Assembly: GCA_030640565.1 (NCBI GenBank)
Contig: DAOWJD010000003.1
Location: 1 to 38,671 of the forward strand
Source: Nanobdellota archaeon
Lineage (GTDB): Archaea; Nanobdellota; Nanobdellia; Pacearchaeales; GW2011-AR1
Direction of reading: 5' to 3'
Length of the DNA stretch: 38,671 nt
Shown: piece by piece, positions 17,611 through 25,363 of the stretch
Layout: every line of letters starts with the position of its first letter
Position numbering within the stretch: position 1 is the first letter of the stretch
Notes under the pieces: model-generated
What the model saw: only the letters and a program-made list of their open reading frames with translations
Told to the model about the DNA's origin: nothing
Database searches by the model: none
Position numbers and translations under genes: made by a program

Positions 17611-20034
17611 ATGACAAAAGATAAAAAGTTCATTTTGATGAACCTTAACGACGAGAGATCAAAGAAAGTTGCAGAGGTTTTGAAAAGTGAAACTTGCAAA
17701 AAAATTCTAGATTACTTGGCAGAGAACAAAGAAAAATCAGAAGAAGACATTGCAAACGATTTGGAAATGCCAATTAATACAGTTGAATATAACTTGAAAA
17801 AACTTCTTGAATCAGGATTGATAGAAAAAGCAAAAAAATTCTATTGGAGCAAAAGAGGCAAAAAAATAATTTTATACAAACCAGCAAACAGACATATAGT
17901 AATCTCTCCAAAAAGAAAACCTAGTATGAATGAGCTTAGAACAGTTCTTCCAGTAATTATTGTAGCAGTAGCATTAATCGCATTAATTATTCTTTCAAAT
18001 CAACCCATACAAACAGAATCAAACGATATTCAAACATTTTCCTCATTAGGAGAATTGAAAAGCTTTTTAGAGGAAAATCAAGGAGGTGGAATCTATAGTG
18101 CAGGTGTTGGAGGAGCTAATATGGAAGGATTTTCAGCTTCTGTTGGAGAAAGAACAAAAGAATCTGCTACAGCTCCAGCAAAAACAAGTGCAGATGATTT
18201 TTCAACAACAAACATCCAGGTAGAAGGTGTTGATGAAGCAGATATTGTAAAGAACGACGGAAAATACATTTATATAATTTCAGGAAAAAGACTATTTATT
18301 GTAGATGCTTTTCCTGCAGAAAACATGGAAATACTTTCAGAAACAGAACTTGAAGGTTATCCCACTGAAATGTTTGTTAATAAAGATAAATTAGTCTTGT
18401 TTGTAAGTTCATACAAAAATAGACCAGAAACAGCTGCATTAATTTATGACATAACAGACAGAGAAAACCCAGAACTTGAAAACGAATTTTCAATTGATGG
18501 AAACTACGTCACTTCAAGAATGATTGGAAGCCATGTGTATTTAATCGCAAACCAGTACACTTATTTTGATGATGTTGTATTGCCCGGAGTTTCTGTTGAT
18601 GGATTGAGAAAGGAAATAGCACCATCTGAAATATCCTACTTCCCAACCTCAGATGCAAATTATGCTTTTACAAACATTTTAGCTTTTAATTTAGAAGATA
18701 ATCAATATGAATCACAAACTTACTTGACAGGAACAAGCTCTATAGTTTATGTTTCAGAAGATAATATTTATTTGACTTACACAAAAAGAATAAGTGAACA
18801 AATCTATTTTGAAGAAGCTGTTGAAGAAATAATTTTGCCTTTGCTTCCATCTGACCTAAAAAGTGAGGTAAAAGAAATTATGTCTTCAAATAAACAATAT
18901 CTCGAAAAATCAGAAGAGATTTCTGAAATAATCCAAGATTATTCAAACTCTTTAACAGGAAAGAAAAAATCAGATTTTGACAGAAAACTCCAAGAAAGAA
19001 TAAATGATTTTGCTCTTACTTTACAAAAGAGATTAGAGAAAACAGTTGTCCACAAAATTGAAATCAAAGGATTAGAAATAGATTACATTACAAATAATGA
19101 AGTTCCTGGAAGGATTTTGAATCAATTTTCAATGGATGAACACAAAGGGAATTTTAGGATAACTACAACAACCGGGAATATGTGGAGCTCTGATTCAAGT
19201 TTGAATCATTTATATGTTTTAGATAAAGATTTAGAAATAATTGGAAGTGTTGAAGATTTGGCAAAAGGCGAGAGAATTTACTCTACAAGATTTATGGGTG
19301 ATAGAGCATATGTGGTAACATTTAGACAAGTTGATCCTTTATTTGTAATTGATTTATCAAACCCAGAAAAACCAGAAGTTTTAGGTTATTTAAAAGTCAC
19401 AGGGTTTTCTAGCTACTTGCATCCTTATGATGAAAACCACATTATAGGAATTGGAAAAGAAGCAACAGAAACAGGAAGAGTGCAAGGAGTAAAAATAGCA
19501 TTATTTGATGTCTCAGATGTTTCAAATCCTATAGAAAAAGCAAAATATGAAGTTAAAAAGCAGTGGAGTGATTCAAATGCACTTTATGATCACAAAGCAT
19601 TTTTGTTTGACAAGGAAAAAGAATTGTTAGTACTACCAATTTCCTATTCAGAGCAATCAACAGATCAAGAAGACTTGAAAAGATATGAATACTGGCAAGG
19701 AGCTTTTGTGTTTAAAATAAATACAGAAGAAATAACACTTAGAGGTAAGATAGATCATAAAGGAGACAAAGACGAAAGAGGATATTATTACAGTCCAACA
19801 GCTGTTAAAAGATCATTATATATGGATGATGTTTTATACACAATTTCAGAAGCAAAAGTAAAAGCAAGTTCTTTAATAGATTTAAATGAAATAAGCGTTA
19901 TTGATCTATCTTCCGAACAACCTCCAATTTATTATTCAAAAGAGATTGAAAGAGATAGGGATGTTTTAGAAACAGATGATATTAGTTTACCTATCGAGGA
20001 ACCAATTATAGAACCAACAATTAAAGTTAATTAA
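17611..20034 (+). CDS. Membrane protein: N-terminal ArsR-like wHTH, one TM helix, extracytoplasmic beta-propeller domain (COG4880 / Beta_propel-like)
   Basis: wHTH: KILDYLAENKEKSEEDIANDLEMPINTVEYNLKKLLESGLIEK. TM helix: LRTVLPVIIVAVALIALIILS. The segment TNIQVEGVDEADIVKNDGKYIYIIS and the later FMGDRAYVVTFRQVDPLFVIDLSNP are typical of the secreted beta-propeller family. Confidence 0.75.
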   Translation: MTKDKKFILMNLNDERSKKVAEVLKSETCKKILDYLAENKEKSEEDIANDLEMPINTVEYNLKKLLESGLIEKAKKFYWSKRGKKIILYKPANRHIVISPKRKPSMNELRTVLPVIIVAVALIALIILSNQPIQTESNDIQTFSSLGELKSFLEENQGGGIYSAGVGGANMEGFSASVGERTKESATAPAKTSADDFSTTNIQVEGVDEADIVKNDGKYIYIISGKRLFIVDAFPAENMEILSETELEGYPTEMFVNKDKLVLFVSSYKNRPETAALIYDITDRENPELENEFSIDGNYVTSRMIGSHVYLIANQYTYFDDVVLPGVSVDGLRKEIAPSEISYFPTSDANYAFTNILAFNLEDNQYESQTYLTGTSSIVYVSEDNIYLTYTKRISEQIYFEEAVEEIILPLLPSDLKSEVKEIMSSNKQYLEKSEEISEIIQDYSNSLTGKKKSDFDRKLQERINDFALTLQKRLEKTVVHKIEIKGLEIDYITNNEVPGRILNQFSMDEHKGNFRITTTTGNMWSSDSSLNHLYVLDKDLEIIGSVEDLAKGERIYSTRFMGDRAYVVTFRQVDPLFVIDLSNPEKPEVLGYLKVTGFSSYLHPYDENHIIGIGKEATETGRVQGVKIALFDVSDVSNPIEKAKYEVKKQWSDSNALYDHKAFLFDKEKELLVLPISYSEQSTDQEDLKRYEYWQGAFVFKINTEEITLRGKIDHKGDKDERGYYYSPTAVKRSLYMDDVLYTISEAKVKASSLIDLNEISVIDLSSEQPPIYYSKEIERDRDVLETDDISLPIEEPIIEPTIKVN

Positions 20035-20098
20035 TCATCAATAAACCAATATTTTTACAGTAAGAAAAATTTATTAATTATAATTTCTTCAATATATT

Positions 20099-20449
20099 AT
20101 GTGGAAAAATTTAGCTCCAAAAATAATCAGGCAAAGACTTATAATAGAGGGAAAAGCACTGAATTTAATAGACGATAAACAACTCAAAGAATATCTTTCA
20201 AAATTATCTGATAAATTAGAAATGACTACTCTTACAGAACCAATAGCCCATCTATCTAAAAAATACGGGTGGGCAGGATGGATACACTGGGATTCTTCAG
20301 GATGTCATTTTTATGCATGGGATAAACCTTTTCCTTTCTTTAGCGTAGATATTTATACATGCAAACCTTTTTCAGTTGAAAAAGCAGTTGAATTTACAAA
20401 GAAGTTTTTCAATACAAGAGAAATTGTCTGGAAAGAAGTTAAAGTCTAA
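20099..20449 (+). CDS. S-adenosylmethionine-decarboxylase-like (pyruvoyl enzyme fold, SpeH-related) protein
   Basis: GWAGWIHWDSSGCHFYAWDKPFPFFSVDIYTCKPF aligns by eye to the SpeH core (G-V-V-V-I-S-E-S-H-x-x-x-H-T-W-P-E...D-x-F-T-C-G). A Ser-Ser pair replaces the Glu-Ser cleavage site. Confidence 0.5.
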   Translation: MWKNLAPKIIRQRLIIEGKALNLIDDKQLKEYLSKLSDKLEMTTLTEPIAHLSKKYGWAGWIHWDSSGCHFYAWDKPFPFFSVDIYTCKPFSVEKAVEFTKKFFNTREIVWKEVKV

Positions 20450-20450
20450 A

Positions 20451-20858
20451 TTATCCCTTAAGAAGCAGCTCAATCTTCTTCGGATTTCTTTTTATTTCTT
20501 TTATTATTGTTGCAGGGCCGATAATTGTTACAGCACCCATGTCTTCTCCTGCAATGCTGTTTGCTAGGTTTCTCTTAAATCTGCCAAAAAATCCACCGCT
20601 TTTGCCTCCATTGCCAGAAATTACTGCAAGCTCTATACCTTTAAAATTCTTAACATGACCCATCATAGCCATAGTGTCTTCTATAAGCCTGGTTTCTTCT
20701 TCAGGCTCAAGTTTTCCCTGAATTATCAAAATATTATTTCCTAAAACTATATTCAATATCCTCTTAATCCTCTTAGTACTATCCAAACCCCTTATTTCAG
20801 AATAAGGAAGGAATTGAATTGAAAACCCTTTTATTTTCCCCAGCCTTTTTTTCACCAT
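20451..20858 (-). CDS. Small archaea-specific protein (DUF2073-like) downstream of the GTPase
   Basis: 135 aa with no TM helix. Position directly after the small GTPase matches, from memory, the conserved archaeal neighbourhood. The family assignment is tentative. Confidence 0.5.
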   Translation of the reverse strand: MVKKRLGKIKGFSIQFLPYSEIRGLDSTKRIKRILNIVLGNNILIIQGKLEPEEETRLIEDTMAMMGHVKNFKGIELAVISGNGGKSGGFFGRFKRNLANSIAGEDMGAVTIIGPATIIKEIKRNPKKIELLLKG

Positions 20859-20908
20859 CTTTTCTATGATATATATTGGAAAATATACTTTTTAACTTTT
20901 ACTTACGA

Positions 20909-20926
20909 CGCGAATTTTAATTCGCG
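20909..20926. other. GC-cored perfect palindrome CGCGAATT-TT-AATTCGCG between the GTPase and the DUF2073-like gene
   Basis: Read directly. It is the only CGCG-containing dyad in this AT-rich spacer. It could be a hairpin or a dimeric protein-binding site. Confidence 0.6.
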
Positions 20927-20951
20927 GATGTTTATGTTTAATTTTTAATAT

Positions 20952-21593
20952 TTAGACTTTCTTTGCAAGTTTAAAGATTGATTCATAAAACTCCTCGATG
21001 TTTTTTCCGTATTTTGCACTTATCCCGACAACATCATACTCAGGGAATGCTGCCTCAACCTTTTTTAAATTAGCTCTTTTCAAATCAATTTTGTTTGCAA
21101 CTATTAAAACAGGAATCTTTCTTGCAACAAGATTTCCTATAATAGTAATATTGACCTGATTGTAAGGATTCTGGATAGCATCTAAAACAATTACAACAAC
21201 ATCCATATCATCTAGCCATTTTATTGATTCAATAACTCCTTGTGTAGCTTCTTTAGCCCTGGTTTTAGCCTCTTTTTTCTTTAGTTTGAATTTTAAGAAA
21301 TCTTCATAATCTATTTTTGTGGCAATTCCAGGAGTATCTATTATTTTAAAAGTCATTTTTCTCCCCTTATAACTTATTTCAACTTTTTCTTTAAATTGGA
21401 TAGTTCTTGTTTCATGAGGTATCTTGCTCGTCTTTCCTATCTCTTTATCTGTAAAATCTTTACATATCCTATTAGCTAAACTTGTCTTCCCTGCGTTTGG
21501 TGGTCCATAAAATCCAAGCTTCAGCTCTTTTTTCTGCCCAAATATGTTAAAGAAAATCTTCTTGAAAAAATTTCCAAATGCTTTTCCTACCAT
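20952..21593 (-). CDS. Small P-loop GTPase (Era/Arf-like TRAFAC class)
   Basis: G1 GPPNAGKTS, G3 DTPG, G4 NKID, G5 SAK. Confidence 0.85.
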   Translation of the reverse strand: MVGKAFGNFFKKIFFNIFGQKKELKLGFYGPPNAGKTSLANRICKDFTDKEIGKTSKIPHETRTIQFKEKVEISYKGRKMTFKIIDTPGIATKIDYEDFLKFKLKKKEAKTRAKEATQGVIESIKWLDDMDVVVIVLDAIQNPYNQVNITIIGNLVARKIPVLIVANKIDLKRANLKKVEAAFPEYDVVGISAKYGKNIEEFYESIFKLAKKV

Positions 21594-21647
21594 AATAAAT
21601 TTTATTAAACAGGCTTATTAAATTTTTGTGTGATTATTTGATAATTA

Positions 21648-24338
21648 TTACTTTCTTGACACATTTTTCCATCCTTTATGGGGATTATCTTTTTTTATCT
21701 TTTTTGCTAAACGTATAGGAATTCTAGCCATCCCTGTTCTTTTTCCTTTATATTTTTTCATAACATATTTTCTCTGTTCAGAGCCCCATCCAGATTTTCT
21801 AAGACTTCGAATAATTTTTCTATTATCTAATCCCTTCTTTTTTGAGCTATCCACATATGTAACAATATTATAAAGATCATTTCTGTTTTTGAATAAATAC
21901 TTTTCATATCTTCTTTTATACCAATGATAAATTATCACATAAACTATAATCCCTATAATTACTAAAGAAACCAAACTTAAGATAAGGACAATCATATTTC
22001 GTCTTTCTGGTTCTTCAGAAGGACTTGAAGTATCACTCACAACAAGCTTGTTAATTGGGGGCGCAATAAATGCAGGAAGGTTACTAAACTCAACATCTTC
22101 TGTTGTGTAAAAACTAACTCTTGAAACATCTTTTAAATTCACATAAATAAAATCACCTTTTTCTTCTACGTTTCTATCAAAAACAATACCTTGAAGTTTT
22201 GGAATAATTAAGTAATAATCATAGATTATATCTTTTTTTTCAGTCAGTCTTATTTCAAAAATATTAACTAAAGAATCCACCACTGAATCATACTCTCCAG
22301 AAAATTCATTAAAATCCATTATCAAATCAACATTTTCTTGCTGCCATGTAAAAACAGCATCTCTGTAATTTTCAATTTTTTTTGAATCATAATTTCCACC
22401 ACCAATAGACTGAACAATATCCATATCAATAAAACTTTTTTCAGGAAAGAACGAAAACGAATTCGCTTGTTTTGTTTTAAATATATTCTCAGGAAGCCTT
22501 TTTTTAAGAGCAAGAAGATCTCCAACTATCGCAATATATTCAGTGTGATTTGTTGCTACACTAAATTGCTGCTCAAGTCTTTCCAATTCAGAACTTATAT
22601 TTTCTATTCTTAAGACAGAATTAAGACTTGTTTGATAGAATGTGTCTTGGTTTTGAATATCTATTCTTAGATTTCGGAGATTTATATCCATTTTATTTAA
22701 GGTGGTATTTATTAAATCTTTAGGAGAGCTTACATTAATTTCAAATGTTTTTGAAGAACTAAATCCTCTTGTGTCTGTTACAGTTACCTGTAAATCATAG
22801 AGACCTATCACAGAATAAATATGAATGCCTTTATTTATAGAGGTTGTTTCAGTACTGCCATCTCCAAAATCCCAAGAATAATCAACCACTTCTATATCTA
22901 TGGGAGAAACAACTTCAACTACGAATTCAGTAGGAAATGTGGTGGCTGTTTCCACAGGTGTTAAAGATTTTATTATAGGTACATCTTTAACTTCTATGTC
23001 TTCTGAAAAAATTTCTTCATCATCTAGTTTTAAAGAAAGACTATAATTATCAAGATTAGATGGCACTGAAAATCCTGCTTTATCAAGGAAAAGTCTTTGA
23101 TAATCAGAACTTATCTTTGCAAAATCTTCTGTTAATTCATAAATAGTTGTTGTAGAGGAAGAAATTCCTGCCATATAAGATAAGCTTATGTCTGAGACCA
23201 CTATTTCCTGATTATCTGCACCAGATGCAAATTTAATAGGAATAATACACTCATTAGAACAATCCCTCTCGTACTTTGCTATAATATAATTAAAAATTTC
23301 ATCTTCTATCACTAAATCGCTTCCAGAATTATCCATTTCTGTATCATTTAAGATAAAACTCCCTACGTCATCATAGTATGATGCTTGAGCGAAAATTTCA
23401 AAATCATAAGTATATGCATTATAAAAAAAATCTGTAAAACCGCACACATTATTTTCTTCATGCCTTACCCCATATTTGTCAATGTCTGCTGAGCTTGTTG
23501 TTTTTATACACACAAAAAAATCCCGTGGCTGAGTTGTCTTTAAATTAGAAATAGTACAACTTATTTTTCCAGAACTAGATATATTCTGGATGCAAGATTT
23601 ACGGTCTCCAGTGATTTTATCACGAATAGATATTGTAAAATTAACATTTCCTCCAGTTATTTCTTGAACCTTAGCCCCTATTTTAACTTGGGGGAAAATA
23701 GGCATAGAAATTTCTTGGCAATATTCTGTTGTTGTAATTTGTGCTAATTCTTCTGAATCATCTTCTTCAAAACAACCATAATCTTCTGTCTGATATTGTT
23801 CATATGGTTTATATGCTCTCCAATCAGTTTCATTGTTATCTAATACATCTATAACAAGCTGAGGAACAGATGAAGAGGTAGAATTACTATTTATTCCCAT
23901 AGAAAAAGAAGAGATTGATCCTATTGGCTGAGAACTGGAAATTTTCAAACCAAGAATTTCTGAATCTCCCGAATCTAAAATAAAAGTCTTTGAGGTTTCC
24001 CCATTGGTTGCAGAATAGTCTTTTCCACAATCTAACGGGATGCAGGTGCATGAATCTTTATAAGCAGGATTTTTATCAAGTAACTCTTGAAGACTTGTTG
24101 AATTTCCAGGAGAATTGTCAAAAAAAGAAGAGAAAACAGAGTTTGCAGATTTTTCATCAAAGCTAATATTTATCCAACCATTAATATCAGCTAAAGGCCC
24201 ATATATTTTTTCTATAGAATGGCTAGGTTCCCCAACCATATAACTCCCAGCAAGCGATGATACAAAAATACCTATAGAAAATACAATTAAACCTAACATT
24301 ACAAGCATTTTAACATACTTTTTCAAATAAAACCCCAT
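21648..24338 (-). CDS. Large surface protein: signal anchor, Cys-containing N-terminal region, PKD domain, C-terminal TM helix and basic cytoplasmic tail
   Basis: PKD signature VDYSWDFGDGSTETTS...GLYDLQVTVTDTRG at 22728-22967. TM helix MIVLILSLVSLVIIGIIVYVIIY. The ATG at 24338 with GGTGG 6-10 nt upstream is preferred over the TTG at 24374. Confidence 0.8.
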   Translation of the reverse strand: MGFYLKKYVKMLVMLGLIVFSIGIFVSSLAGSYMVGEPSHSIEKIYGPLADINGWINISFDEKSANSVFSSFFDNSPGNSTSLQELLDKNPAYKDSCTCIPLDCGKDYSATNGETSKTFILDSGDSEILGLKISSSQPIGSISSFSMGINSNSTSSSVPQLVIDVLDNNETDWRAYKPYEQYQTEDYGCFEEDDSEELAQITTTEYCQEISMPIFPQVKIGAKVQEITGGNVNFTISIRDKITGDRKSCIQNISSSGKISCTISNLKTTQPRDFFVCIKTTSSADIDKYGVRHEENNVCGFTDFFYNAYTYDFEIFAQASYYDDVGSFILNDTEMDNSGSDLVIEDEIFNYIIAKYERDCSNECIIPIKFASGADNQEIVVSDISLSYMAGISSSTTTIYELTEDFAKISSDYQRLFLDKAGFSVPSNLDNYSLSLKLDDEEIFSEDIEVKDVPIIKSLTPVETATTFPTEFVVEVVSPIDIEVVDYSWDFGDGSTETTSINKGIHIYSVIGLYDLQVTVTDTRGFSSSKTFEINVSSPKDLINTTLNKMDINLRNLRIDIQNQDTFYQTSLNSVLRIENISSELERLEQQFSVATNHTEYIAIVGDLLALKKRLPENIFKTKQANSFSFFPEKSFIDMDIVQSIGGGNYDSKKIENYRDAVFTWQQENVDLIMDFNEFSGEYDSVVDSLVNIFEIRLTEKKDIIYDYYLIIPKLQGIVFDRNVEEKGDFIYVNLKDVSRVSFYTTEDVEFSNLPAFIAPPINKLVVSDTSSPSEEPERRNMIVLILSLVSLVIIGIIVYVIIYHWYKRRYEKYLFKNRNDLYNIVTYVDSSKKKGLDNRKIIRSLRKSGWGSEQRKYVMKKYKGKRTGMARIPIRLAKKIKKDNPHKGWKNVSRK

Positions 24339-24412
24339 AATTTCCACCACATCTTTCTTTATTAAAAAAGACAAAACCAGTTTATAAATTTGTTTGTGAA
24401 TTTGGTTTTATT

Positions 24413-25363
24413 TTACTTCCTTCCTTTAAAATAAAAAAAACTTGCCATAATCCCTAAAACAAACAAAACCACTCCAACAATATTAGAATTTTTTTGACTT
24501 AAATTACTAACAACATTTCCTGTAATATTAAATGATAAAAAAGCTAATCCAGCCACCAGACCTCCTACAGCTAAAATTCCTGGGACCAAATTTTCAAGTC
24601 GATTACTTTTTTTACAAATAATCTTTTTATGTGTCTTTGCTAAAGCTGCACTAATTGCTTGTGAAACATATACTCCAAGCTTTGGTATGCTTTTCTCTGT
24701 ACCTTGCGTAGAAATTCTCATTGCTGGTCCTAATTCAATATGATAAGCAATTATACCTTTAGATCTAGCATTTTTAATTGATTTTGAATCCTGACCAGTC
24801 AGTGTAATCCTATCATAATTGCCAGAAACCCGCAACTTTTTTAATTTAGAGGCAATTTCAGGTTCTTGATTCTTGATTTTACTACTAATATTTTTCAATT
24901 GATTTTTTATCTTTTTAGCTAAATGTTCAGAATATGATGAAAGATTTTTAGAACCACAACTAACTTCTACACCAAAAGGTCTTTTCTTTCCTCCTTTATG
25001 ACCATGAATCTCTACAAATATTTCAGGAGATGTATCAATTGTATGTTTGAGATAAGTTCCTTCTAATTTATTTGGATCTCTATTTGCTCTTGTAGCTACA
25101 ATAAGTTGGCCTCTGCAATGATCTGCAATATTTCTTGCTACATAAGCAGTATTATTATCAGCAGGTCTTTTCCCTTTAGCAATTGTATTTTCCCCCTTTG
25201 GAGCATTATGAGGAGCAGCCACAATTATTTCATTCGCTCCAAACTTAGTTTCAATTAAATTATTTCTTTTTTTTAATGCATCATGAAATTCATTAGAATA
25301 AGCAGAATCTTGGCGATTTACTTTCATCTTAAAATATTTATTTTTTGGCATAATTTTCACCAT
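24413..25363 (-). CDS. Membrane-anchored protein with an N-formylglutamate-amidohydrolase / PghP-like zinc hydrolase-type domain (tentative)
   Basis: IIVAAPHNAPKGE ... ADNNTAYVARNIADHCRGQLIVATRANRDPNK ... FVEIHGH resembles the FGase-type H/D/H pattern. Two C-terminal TM helices and no N-terminal signal peptide. The start abuts the upstream stop. Confidence 0.4.
   Translation of the reverse strand: MVKIMPKNKYFKMKVNRQDSAYSNEFHDALKKRNNLIETKFGANEIIVAAPHNAPKGENTIAKGKRPADNNTAYVARNIADHCRGQLIVATRANRDPNKLEGTYLKHTIDTSPEIFVEIHGHKGGKKRPFGVEVSCGSKNLSSYSEHLAKKIKNQLKNISSKIKNQEPEIASKLKKLRVSGNYDRITLTGQDSKSIKNARSKGIIAYHIELGPAMRISTQGTEKSIPKLGVYVSQAISAALAKTHKKIICKKSNRLENLVPGILAVGGLVAGLAFLSFNITGNVVSNLSQKNSNIVGVVLFVLGIMASFFYFKGRK

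Noticed and set aside
20376-20567. 63-aa plus-strand ORF spanning the convergent gene junction.
   Set aside because: It overlaps the 3' ends of two better-supported genes, and its translation is low complexity.
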